Assembly: GCA_037379345.1 (NCBI GenBank)
Contig: CM074518.1
Coordinates: forward strand, 2,852,001 to 2,916,000
Length of the DNA: 64,000 nt
Direction of reading: 5' to 3'
From: Perna viridis
Taxonomy: Eukaryota
Part shown: positions 12,701 through 24,300 of the stretch, piece after piece
Position numbering within the stretch: position 1 is the first letter of the stretch
How the letters are laid out: each line of letters begins with the position of its first letter
The notes under the pieces: model-generated
Seen by the model: the letters and a program-made list of their open reading frames with translations, nothing else
Databases searched by the model: none
What the model was told of the DNA's origin: nothing
Made by a program: the position numbers and the translations under genes

Positions 12701-15532
12701 CAGAAGTGCTATGGTATAGAGGAAAAGAACTCATAAAAGATTCAGCCGATTTCCAATATAAACAAGATGGCAATGTTTTTAAGTTAATAATAGCTGAAGT
12801 TTTTCCTGATGATACTGGAGTTTATAAATGTATAGCAAGTAATACTGCAGGTTCTGTTACAAGTTCATTTTATATCAAAGTTGAAGGTAAGGATCAAATC
12901 ATTGATACAAACTTAAAATTCATATTAAGTTTGTGCCTTAGGAATATCTGAACTTAGAAATTTACTTAGAAATATGTATAAAATCCCAGGTAAAATCTTT
13001 TTTGTTGCATGAATTTTGAATTGCTGTTTGCAAGTTCACTGTTGCTGACTTTGACCCAAAATGATTTTTTTTCCCTTTCACCTTTAATCATCTTGTTTTG
13101 AAAAATTGACATGAAGGAAATAAATGGCTTCTTATCCTTGCCTTTTATGACTATTGAATGCTGATGTGACTTTGAGCATGTTAGTGTTTTCTCTTGTTCT
13201 TGGACGTTTTTTTCATTATTACAATTCATATATGTTATGCATGGTTTGAATGATTTTTCAATGTAGCCCATACATATAAATTTTCATTAAAACATTAATT
13301 GTTGTAGAACCTGACATAGCACCATCAGGTCCTGTCTTTGTGTCCCATCCTAAATCTCAGAGTTTAGAGGAAGGAACAGCCTTTGTAGCCTCATGTACAT
13401 TGGACAAGGCTGACTCTGGTAAGTATAAACCATTTTATTGTAGATAGGGGATTGATGTTGATTACTGAGTTTAGGATGAGTACAAATTAAGACTACCAGA
13501 ATTCAGAACTTGATAGCTGTTTATACATACTTCATAATAGGTAATCGAGTAGTGTGTATTTAAGTGGAATAAATGATAACTGTCTCTTACAGTGAGAAAA
13601 CTTATTTAAAGAAAGGAAATTTATTTGATGTTTTTTAATAAGGACTGATTATTTATATTTTTTAAAGTTCAATGGAGTAAGGATGGTAAGGATGTTGAAT
13701 CATCAGAAAGATTCAAATTCTCACAAGATGGAAACACATTCACATTTGAAATCCCTGCAGCTTTAGCTACTGATTCTGGTGAATACACTGTGACAGCTAA
13801 AAATAGCACAGGCTCCTCCCAATGGACTTTCACCCTCAGCGTAGCTGTAAGTCAATCACCTGTTGCTGATGTTGATGTAGTTAAACTTATTGCAGATATG
13901 CAGGTGAGAATGGCAGTCTGGCATAAAACTAATTCTACAGTCATTATGGGGTAATTCTGGTTTTACAGCAGACTCAGGTGTGGAATTTAAGAGGTTCTTA
14001 TTATGCTCAATAAAGCAAATCACCTCTTCAAGTGTAGTTTAAGGTTCCTGCTTTGTGCAATCAACAGTTGGAAATAACATATAAGAAATTAAACATATCT
14101 ATTTGTTTAGTTTAGGAATATAGACATTGTACATGTGGTTGGTTAAAATTTGAAGAAAAAAAATGCTTTCTGATGGTAAAAAGGTAATCTTATAAATATC
14201 TCATTTGTGATTATTAATTGATCTTGAAATTTCTATAAATGTGAAGTAGTTATTACTGTATGGATACACGTGGGAAATTTATGATTTAGTAAAAACTGTT
14301 TCAAGGCTTTTATCAACACACCATAATTACATCAATTATGTAAAAGATGTTCAAAATCCAAATGATGACTGTAGAATAGTTGGTATACAATATTATCTAG
14401 ATATAGTCATAGCTAGATTCATGCTTGCTGTTTGTTCTAGTCTGTGCCTTGTAAAATATAGATATATTCATCTAAATGTTATGTCATTTAGAAGTTTTGT
14501 TTTTATAGACAGTTTTTTGTTTTGGAATACTAGTACTAGTATGTGAATTTTCTATCAAATAACTTTATATAATTAAGATGTCAGATGTAAATGTATCTTT
14601 AAAGATACACAGCAAGTCATGTATATAGAGTATTGTATACTTAGTGTAGTATTGCCTGACCTGTCTTCTCACTAGCTTTGTGTGTGTTTGTATTCATGTA
14701 TATGATATATGTTAGCACAATTCCATTTAAATAAAGACTACCTTCTGGAAAACAAATATAATGCTTTACAAGGTTAAGGTCAATAGGCTATTTGGTAGGT
14801 TAAAGGTTAAGGTCAATAGGCCATTTTGTATGTTAAAGGTTAAGGTCGATAGGCTATTTGGTATGTTAAAGGTAGTTTTTGATAAATGGTAATGTCTATA
14901 ACAGAACAGGACTAGAAGTTATGTTATAGAATTCATTCTTAGAACAGTGGAAATGGATTTAATTATTCTAATACATGTAAACATGATTTATGGAAACTGG
15001 TATAAAATCTGCTACAGCTAGTTTAATGGATTACAAAAGGAAGATGACCTTGACATTACTATAGTAAAATACCCATGAAATAAACCAAAACTTACCTGAA
15101 GCCCAAAATCATAGAAGACATATTTTGAGTTAACATATCAAATGCAAAGGAAAACTGATGTTAAGAAGCAAACACTTGATTTTGATGAAGTTTTATAGCT
15201 ATGTTTATTAGGCAACATATGTACAGGTGCATGAAGGAAGATACTTGCAAATGGAGGTAAATCACCGGCTTTTATATGTTGAAACCTTGTAATTCCTCCT
15301 TAACTGATCCACACCATTGAACAAGGTTTGTGTACCTGTATACACCATTGAGCAAGGTTTGTGTACCTGTATACACCATTGAGCAAGGTTTGTGTACCAG
15401 TATACACCATTCAACAAGGTTTGTGTAACTGTATACACCATTGAGCAAGGTTTGTGTATCTGTATACACCACTGAACAAGGTTTGTGTACCTGTATATGA
15501 TGTATAAATAATTTTCCTTTTTTTTTCAGTAA
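596..15532 (+). CDS. unc-22: Twitchin (titin/unc-22 family giant muscle kinase), 3' part: kinase domain, regulatory tail and five Ig-like modules; 5' end lies upstream of the window
   Basis: GT-AG exons join in frame: 596-689, 1263-1466, 1826-1967, 2320-2519, 3043-3195, 3720-3765, 4276-4353, 4667-4769, 5018-5135, 6083-6255, 6447-6501, 7061-7208, 9201-9381, 9920-10144, 10384-10529, 10920-11076, 11804-11905, 12695-12886, 13308-13418, 13668-13903, then stop TAA at 15530-15532. Translation has YDILEELGSGAFGVVHR, HLDVKPEN, IDFGLA, TAEFAAPE, DMWAVGV, the tail PAIGRIANFGALRK and I-set Ig motifs (DxGxY). Confidence 0.95.
643..903 (+). repeat. Degenerate tandem copies of a twitchin exon end plus donor
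   Basis: acaggaaattgtctcagatt...gaact(t)(a)gaagGTAAGA occurs three more times after the real donor at 690. Confidence 0.85.
5114..5853 (+). repeat. 37-bp minisatellite x ~20 spanning a twitchin exon/donor junction
   Basis: Unit cttctccacccattgtcacttgGTAAGattagtttta; the first copy is the real exon end (5135) and donor. Confidence 0.95.
7065..7097 (+). other. PKA-type phosphorylation motif RRPSMSPAPEV (D2 catch-regulation site of Mytilus twitchin)
   Basis: AGA AGA CCA TCA ATG TCA CCA GCT CCA GAA GTT in the linker between the first two post-kinase Ig domains; matches the D2 peptide as I recall it. Confidence 0.8.
7478..9146. mobile_element. Non-autonomous TIR (foldback/MITE-like) element with internal AT-rich ~21-bp repeats
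   Basis: TIRs tggctagccaaagtggacaaaaat / atttttgtccactttggcttgcca, TA on both flanks; interior made of ttgtaatattagaaaatgaat-like repeats in both orientations. Confidence 0.8.
7551..8318 (+). mobile_element. Helentron-associated (HINE/DINE-1-like) element nested in the 7478-9146 MITE
   Basis: Head tttagct..cctggccaaaggc..gtgagctattgccatc plus (gtc)-rich tract, duplicated core, 3' hairpin caggtgagc..caggctcatgggagcctcttg, in a T-rich site. The family assignment is structural inference. Confidence 0.7.
9352..9580 (+). repeat. ~51-bp repeat x ~5 spanning a twitchin exon/donor junction
   Basis: atgaaacctcctctaaagttgtcgttgaagGTAAGT followed by progressively degenerate copies. Confidence 0.85.
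11126..11350 (+). mobile_element. Truncated HINE-like copy
   Basis: tttttagctcaccttgccaaaaggg...ttattgtcatcacttggc head, similar to 7551. Confidence 0.55.
14770..14875. repeat. ~34-bp tandem repeat x3
   Basis: aaggttaaggtcaataggctatttggtaggtta repeated. Confidence 0.8.
15311..15495. repeat. 31-bp minisatellite x6
   Basis: acaccattgagcaaggtttgtgtacctgtat repeated, ending ~35 nt before the terminal twitchin acceptor. Confidence 0.9.
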
Positions 15533-16450
15533 ATGAATGACAGGCTATGTTCTCTACATATCATTACACATGAAACTATGGGATTGTGGCCCTACGCTCA
15601 CCAGAGTGCCAGATTGTGTGACAGTCATTGTATTTGACTTGGCTTATTTGTTAAATGGATGCAATTTTGAAGAACCTAAAGTCTTGTATACAAGAGACTA
15701 CGTCGTCATGTAGACATTGTTTCATGTTGAGAATTCTCAGTTGTTGTGTCTTGCTTTAGATTCATCATGCTTTGAATTCTGATTATTTTGTTATGTGACT
15801 TTTCTTAGGTATAGTAATTTCCTTACAAATTTCTAGTAAAATATAGCTACAAACTGTGAAAAAAAGTGTAAAAGTTTTTAGAATAGTTTAGACAGAATAG
15901 GAGTAGTATGATATTTCGCTTAGCAGTAAGGATTCTACTGTGATACAGAAGAGTCAGGCAAAATAATCTGCAGCAGTATTCTGTATATAACTATTTGTTT
16001 TGGTTGAAAGAATAATCTTATATCTCAAGCCCAAGGCCTAATGTTACTTTTCAATTTTTCGCTCCACTGTATCTTATTTTTTGTAACCTAACGAAAGCTA
16101 TTTTGCACAGATATTCTACTGTCAAATTTAAAGTTGATTCATTGCTAAACTGAATTTATCAATATGTTTTATGCCTAAATGTTGAAAAGTAATATTACTG
16201 ACCAAGGGCTAAATTGAAGGATTGTTAGGACTACAGATTAGATATAATATATTTTTATCTGAATCTTTTAATTTATTTAACGTGAAGACTAATTTAAATA
16301 ACTTATTGCTGTTATTTTTTAATTTATTTTTATAATTGGTGCTATATGCCATCAATGTGTTGTTGATTCTGAAAATGTTTAAAACCATGATAAAAGTGTT
16401 GGATGACTATAGAAATTGACATTAACTGTTAAAATAAAACGTAAAATGAC
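15530..16450 (+). other. Twitchin terminal exon / 3' UTR with candidate poly(A) signal near 16433
   Basis: Strong acceptor ttttcctttttttttcag at 15529 followed directly by TAA; AATAAA near 16433. The true 3' end is not proven. Confidence 0.6.
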
Positions 16451-17099
16451 ACAAGTCTGAAATTGTGTTGAGATAAGCTGGTTCTTAAGCAACACTGTTT
16501 CCTTAATAGAGTATTTCATCAGTCCCTGAGAACATGTAAAACCCTACATTCACAATCTTATCTCAATAATTTTACCATGTTTTTAAACAAGTCATTATTT
16601 ATTTATTGGTGTGATTTCCAAGGGGAGGAACTCTTTCTATAAAGCCTGTGTTTCGTGAAACTTTTATAAAGGCAATAATTTTTAACCTGTGATATAATTT
16701 ATTTGTCTAAACCTATTGGTACCAAGTTTGATTGACAGTCAGTCTGTAGAATATGTTTTCCCCATAACAATCATGTGTGAAAGATCTCATGGGAATAGAA
16801 TAGGAATCAATTTCAATGAGAAGCTTGAAACAAAATTAGTTTATAGTGCATAAATGTGACTCAGGGAAGCTTATCTAATTAAGGAAGATAACTCTGAGAA
16901 AAGTCATCAAATGTAACGATCAGACTTGGCATCAAATAGGATAGAAATCCTTTATCCCACTAAAGCTATTTTGCTGTGATTAATGTATGTATCACTAACC
17001 CTTGCTTTACCTCTTTTATGAAAATGTTATCTAATAAAATGCTGTTCTCAAGAATATTGGTCATTTTTGTCCATACTGAACCATTAAATAGTTATTTAA

Positions 17100-17222
17100 A
17101 CCTGTCATGGATCAGCAAATAGTCATGACCACTGTCACAGATCAACAAACAGTCATGACCACTGCCACAGATCAACATACAGTCATGACCCCTGTCACAG
17201 ATCAACAGTCATGACCACTGCA
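17100..17222. repeat. 30-bp tandem repeat x4
   Basis: ctgtcacagatcaacaaacagtcatgacca repeated. Confidence 0.85.
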
Positions 17223-18309
17223 ACAAAGAACTGTGGAATATTTTGTTACATTTGAGGTTTATTTTTATCACAAATAGAATACAGTGCAAAGATATGCCTT
17301 TTTAAAATACAGTTCTATATTTTGCAGACATCTGCATTGTACTTATCTTAAGCAAAACTTGAATCACATAACAGGAAAAAGAGACCATGTCAATAATAAA
17401 CAGTACAGTGTATAGCTTGAAGTGAATAACATAAGACTGTAGGGTGAAAACTACCTTTTATTGACACTTTAGAACAAAAATCAAAATATTTTCTGCATAT
17501 AGAAAGACAGGAAGATTAATAGGATAATAAATTAGAAAGAGTGAATAAGCAAAATGTGATCAGAAGTGTCAAAGAGTATGAGATAAATCTTCAAGTGTTC
17601 TTTGCATGAGTAATTATATTTTGATTATTCACAATATCCAATTGATTGTCCTATTTATTATAGATCTTCTCCATAATTTATTGCTACCGGTATTTATAAT
17701 ATAAATTTTAAATTTTGTGAACGGTACAGATTGATACTCTTGTTTAGGCAGGATTAAGTCTGGGAGTAAATTGACAGAATTTGTATCAGTATGAATTATC
17801 TATATTTTTACACAGAGAACATTCAATAATTTATCTACAATGTATATAATAATTTTAATAAGCTTTCTCAAAGGGATGAATTCAAACAGTTTTCAGCCCT
17901 TCTTACAGGGTGCAGCTTCATACCACCAGTGAAGTTGAATCCTGAACAGATTGAACAAAAATGTGAACACAACATTCAAATTTGATACTGCTCTGAATAC
18001 ATATTGTGGTTGAAAAGAAGTAAAACGAGGCTCTAAAGGGCCATAATCGCTCCACTGTCTAGAAAATAAAAATTCTACTTTTGTATAAGGGCCCATGTTT
18101 TTTCTTGGATAAAAATTCCTAAGCTCATACCTAAGAAGCAATCATATAACAAGAATAGGTATGGTGTAAATGACAAAGAGACAACCCCAAGGAATGAAAA
18201 TGTCAGCCCAAGGCCACCCATTGGTCTTCAATGAACGACGAGGAGATCCTCATACCATAAGGCAGGCTGCAGCTGACCCAAAACATCATTATACACAGAT
18301 GCAGCAAAG

Positions 18310-18752
18310 ACTTTTCATTAAATTCTGTCCAGTAGTTTCTGAGGAGTAGTTTCTAAAGTAAATATATTTAAAATAGCAAAAACATGTTGAAAAACAGGGA
18401 TAACTCAACATGGCTAAACAGATTTACATGCAAATTTTACTACAGATAGATCTTATCAGGCTTCACTGTCAGAATTTGGCTTAACCCAACAGTTTTGGAG
18501 ATATATGCAAAAAAAACTTCTGTGTTACTCCTATATGTATATTCAGTAACGGTGGCCATGTTTTTCAACAGATCAAAAAATCCCAACACCAGTTCTATGC
18601 AGAACCTCCTAAGAAACATTCTAACCAGGTGTGGTCATAATTGGTCAGGTATTGTCTGAGGAGAAGAGTTTTAAAAAATTGTTAATGACAGGTGATGACG
18701 GACACCAAGTAATGGCAATAGCTCATGTGGCCCATTTGGCCAGGTGAGCTAA
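18310..18752 (-). mobile_element. HINE-like copy (reverse)
   Basis: Reverse complement of the same head (ccaagtaatggcaatagctcatgtggcc..ggccaggtgagctaa) and core. Confidence 0.65.
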
Positions 18753-19504
18753 CAATTAGTAATCTTACTTTTTCATAAATTTGCAACATGATGATCCTTA
18801 TCTAGAGTGTCTCCTGTCAAATTTCTTCTATGAAATGATGATTACATTCAACATAAACTAGAGATATAAACAGCATTCTGTTATTTGCACACTGATTTCC
18901 CCATGACACAAGTTTCTTCCATCACACTCTGGTGGCCTCCAAATATAAAAATTCATCTACTGCATTTTAACTGCATGCATGAATGAGTCTATTCAAATGA
19001 CCAGAGTTTAAGCTCCAATTGATAAGTTTACTTAGCAAAGTGGTATTTACCTTGGGCAATTCCAGCTCAACAAGGTCAGAGGTTAGTCAACTCAATTAAA
19101 GTTGGGGAAGAAATGAATACTATAGATAAACTTGTCGAATATAATGCTGTCCCCTTGTTGGTATTAATTCCTAAAATAAAAGGATAGTCCTTCATAACAT
19201 ATATTCTATGGTATAAACCTATAAGCACAATTTAAGAGACTTGCCCAGAAACCAAAAATCCTCATAGATAGGTCAACACCTTCAATATCAATTTTTTTTT
19301 TTTGTATTAAACCTTATGATACAATTTCAGAGATCCATACTTGTATATGTTTTAAAGTATAGTTCTGAATTACTTGCCTTTATCCCCCTTTAAACAGCTT
19401 TTCATAACCAGTGGCTAATTACCCTAAAGCTCCATCTTTCTTTGGTGGTATTGTAGTCCAATTAGTCCAAGTTTAATTTTATATCTTGTTATTTTGTTCA
19501 TTTC

Positions 19505-19795
19505 ACACTGTATCTGTTTTCTCTGTCTAGTCTTTATCCTTGGTACATTGTATTTGTTTTCTCTGTCTAGTCTTTATCCTTGGTACATTGTATCTGTTTT
19601 CTCTGTCGTCTTTATCCTTGGTTCACTGTATCTGTTTTCTATGTCTAGTCTTTATCCTTGGTTCACACTGTATCTGTTTTCTCTGTCTAGTCTTGTCTTT
19701 ATCCTTGGTACATTGTATCTGTTTTCTCTGTCTGGTCTTTATCCTTGGTACACTGTATCTGTTTTCTGTCTAGTCTTTATCCTTGGTACATTTTA
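19505..19795. repeat. ~40-bp tandem repeat x ~7
   Basis: cactgtatctgttttctctgtctagtctttatccttggta repeated. Confidence 0.9.
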
Positions 19796-21367
19796 TTTCT
19801 GCTGGAATCTTGGTTCCCTGAATACTATTTCTCAAAGATCCTTACAGTGTTGTTCATGCTATAACTCTTGTTTTTGTCCCATTTTCAAAAACCCAAAAAT
19901 GAATCCCAGTCCGACAGCATTTTGTAATAGAGATCCATATGCCTTTTTTTCAACATTATGCAAGTTGAATTCTATGAAATACTGAACTATGGCCTTTAAT
20001 TAAGGAATGGAGGTGGCAATAGCCCCCAAAATCAATACTAACCTCACTTTTGTAGTAAGGAAACCAGTCAAATTTTATTAGTATGTTATGGCATATAGAA
20101 AACCAACACTCTACAGATGACTATCCATTTATACAGCACCATTATACAACCCCTGAGGTATAAAAATCTAATGAAGATCACTGTTTTATAAATTGCTGAG
20201 CTTAGGTAGCTAAATACAAAGCTTCAACAATGAAGGAGCCTACAAGATTCAAGCTTGATATTTCTGTTGTGGTTTAATTATGATTAAATTTTTGAGAGCA
20301 ATAAATTTGATAAACAGAATGAACATGGTCATAGAATTTGGCATTGAAATATGATTTTTACCCAACATGGCCTAAAATTAAAAATGTATATCCAGAGATT
20401 AAAGTTTTGATGAAATTTAAAAAATTCATATTTTAAGACCCATTGAGCTATGATGCTGACTAATTTAAAACTAGACATTGCCCTAAACAGGACTAGTATC
20501 CCCACAATCTGTTGAACCCTGTACATTTAACCTTACTTTGCTGAAAATGCTCATGTTCCAATGGTCCTCAATTCTACAATTTTTGTTCAAACATAAATTA
20601 CAGACCATATGTACTTCCCATTGAGTCACATAACAATTTTCAAGACATTGAGAAGTTGCAGACATCACATGAGACCAAGATTTGCTGAAATCCAACATCC
20701 ATCATTTCTACAATTTTGGTCCTAACATAAATCCCAGACAATGTGCATATCTCCATATGATTATCTATCCCTCCCTTAAGTTTCATTACAATTTTGCAAA
20801 TCGTTGAGAATTTGTGGACCACACATGAGACCAAGTTTTGCTGAAAAACGAGGTTCAACAGCCATCATTTTTACAATTATTGTCCGAACATAAATTTATG
20901 ACAGTATGCTCATCTTCAAGTGGTTATACTACATCCAACAAAGTTTCATAACAATGCTGCAAGCTACTTAAGATAGACAGACATACAGGGTGAAATCTAT
21001 ATACCTAGTAAACAAAGGGTATTAAGAGGATCCAAAAATGCTTATTTTTTTTCCTTCTAATTCCTAAATAGTCAGAGCCATTACCCTTATAATCAATCTT
21101 AATCTTCCTAGTGTGATAGGTTAACTATTCTGTTCAAGGTTCATAAACATCCTTTGAGTAATACACTAGTAATTGCACAAAAAAACACAACCAGTCCGCA
21201 CACATTGAAACTGTGGAATAAAAATATATTCCAAATGGAAACACTTCTAGTGAAATATCTGAATAACACGGAAACATGAGTTAAACAAGAAGAAATTATT
21301 TCACCTTTTATTTATCAAATATAATGTATATGACACCACCACGACCAAATGATATTGAAAGGTACTG

Positions 21368-24300
21368 CTATCCTATAATGTCTATGTCTTCTTCCTCAGG
21401 AGGTGGTGTTAACCTTGACATAGACAAAACCTCCTCCTTCACAAACAATCCACTCCGTCTTTCTTTTAGTATTTGTCTGTATTCTTTCCTCTGTCTCTGT
21501 CTATCATGCCGATGTCGGTTTTTCCTTTCCGTTGACATCTGCCTCTATAAAAAAACAATGTTCAAAATTAGAAACTAGTTTAGTACAAACAAACAGTAAA
21601 AGGAAAAATAATTTTTCTGTGCTTTTTAACCAATTCTTACTTTCTGTTCTTAACATTACTTTTTTGTGTGAATATCACAATTATGAATGACAGTACTAAA
21701 ATAGGTACTTGCAAAAGTTGACTGAGTTCTGCCTTTCTTAAGTGGAACACAGCAGAGTGAGTAAAAAGCATTCTGGTTCTTTTAATTCTGAACAAGTTTA
21801 ATTATCTTCTTTTAAAATATTTCATATAATGTCATGTATAAGCCAGTTATAATTTGGAACAATCAAAAGCTCAAACACAATTCATTTATTCCAGATTTGA
21901 AAATCAAGGAGATTGTTGCATTGTATGTCACTGTTGAAAAAAACAAAACAGTTTCTATGTATGTTGCATACCTTTTTACTTTTTCTGGGTGAACTATGTA
22001 GACTGTCATCTGATTGACATTCTAAACAACAATGCGTTTTAATATAGTCTTGTATCTTCTCAATCTTTTCCTCTGTCATGTTTGTAATGTCTGAAAACAA
22101 ATTAAACCTAATTCAGCTCTGTATAATGTATTATATAAGCTCAATGAGGGGTATATTATTGATATCTCTGTGACACACTCAAAGCTCAGTATAGCGTATA
22201 TTAGAACAGACATCATTGTTTCCTGTTTAATTTTTCTCCTCATAGCCTTGAGTGTTCACATTTATTATAATACTCTCTGATTTTAGAAAGAATGGTTGCA
22301 AAGAAGTTTTATGAATTTAAACAAGAATTAAATCACCATATATGGAAAATAATCAAAGTCCTTGGTAAACTGAAACTGTATTTTTTCTGAAAGTCAATCC
22401 CAACATATAGCATACCTACAGGAAGAATGTGTTTAAATTTCAGGCCGCTGTAAAGAGTAGTTGCTGAGAAATTTGACTTTCAAACATAAAAAGTCAAAAA
22501 TAAACAAAGTCCTCGGTAAACTAAAAGTTGTTTTCACATTTCTCTGAAAATGAATCCAACTATATGGCATTCCTATGGGAAGAATGATTAAAATTTCAAG
22601 CACCTGAAACGAGTCCATGCTAAGAAAAATGCGACAGGCAACATGGTAAAACTGTACACCCCTTTTTCTTTGAAGCAGAGGTATAAAAATCCAATCCATC
22701 TGCACCTGATAATTGATTTTGGAGCAGAGGTATAAAAATCCAATCCATCTGCACCTGATAACTGATTTTGGAGCAGAGGTATAAAAATCCAATCCATCTG
22801 CACCTGATAACCGATTTCAGAGCAGAGGTATAAAAATCCAATCCATCTGCACCTGATAACTGATTTCAGAGCAGAGGTATAAAAATCCAATCCATCTGAA
22901 CCGGATAACTGATTTCAGAGCAGAGGTATAAAAATCCAATCCATCTGAACCTGATAACTGATTTTAGAGCAGATGTATAAAAATCCAATCCATCTGCACC
23001 TGATAACTGATTTTGGAGCAGGGGTATAAAAATCCAATCCACAATGACTACCAGGTAACTAATTTCGGAGCAGGGGTATAATCATCCAATCCATCTGGAC
23101 CTGATAACTGATTTTGGAACAGGGGTATAAAAATCCAATCCAACTGATTGAATCTATACAAGATCATGTGACCTTTACTATGAACTTTATATAGGATCAA
23201 AATTTAATTTTAAAGCTTTAATTTTTTATTCTTTTTTAACAAGTGACAGAACATTATCCATTTTCTCAAAGTATGGAGCAATGAAGTGTGCTTTATTAAG
23301 ATTATAATACAGATTTATTGATATGATGATGTCATTATGTAACACAGAAGGTCAGTATAGCGTATATTGTTTTACTTCCTGTTTCTCCTACTTCGTGTTT
23401 TACAGTACAAACAGATCTCTATTTTAAGTTAGTTTAAATAAGGTTGGCTATGCATCCATTTTTTTAATAATGACTTTTTTTTCAAATAAAGACATCAACG
23501 AATTTAAGACTTGTGTCAAAATTGGAAGATTTAAAACATCTCATTGAAATTCTATTTTATCATTGTTTTACCAAGAGCTGGCAATTTATGAAGCAATTAC
23601 CCCAAGAAATATTAACCTGCCATTAATAACTTTTGGGTACAAATAGAATTTTTTTTGTATGTATCAGTTAGCTACATCATAATTAAGCATGTTTAATGAA
23701 ACAAAAAATGACACCTATTGTAAATTCTTGATATAGAAACAAAATTTTTAGAGGCTCAGTATAGCGTATATTATTGCAGACAGTTTCATTTCCTGTTCAA
23801 TATTGTTTCCTCATTGCCTCATTTCTATTTATATCAATTTAATTTTTTACTAATTTATTAAGTAATTACTAATTTTTAGAAATAAATCACCTCAATTGTA
23901 TGACAAATTTTTCTTCATTTCTTGACCTGTATTAGTCTGACAGATTGATCAAATCTCTAAAATAATTAAAATTTCAACAACACAATCAGACTTTTTCGTA
24001 AAAATCTATGAAGGTAATATCTTTTATTTGAATAATATCCCCTTCCCAAATTTTTTTTAAAATTCTTTACTGGAAAGCTCAAATTAGTATATTTTTATTT
24101 TTTTCTAAAAAAATTTTTTTTTTCTTTGTGTTTATTTATATATTATTCCCATCCTGGGCCACCATTTTTTGGCCTGGAACATTAAACCATAAACCAAGAC
24201 TAGTCTTCCTAATAACCTACTAATCAGAAGCCAGAGGCTGGTAAAAATACTGGTTGGTGTGTGTGAACATTCCACTTTCATGCCAGAAATATATAAAAAA

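Noticed and set aside
19494-19985. 163-aa hydrophobic ORF and overlapping 77-aa ORF
   Set aside because: Artefact of the ~40-bp tandem repeat; non-ATG start and no splice context.
21618-21790. Possible additional H/ACA snoRNA in the last FAM199X intron
   Set aside because: A partial hairpin is visible, but I could not place convincing H/ACA boxes or a target.
22433-22890. Three repetitive minus-strand ORFs
   Set aside because: Frame-rotated translations of the 49-bp minisatellite.
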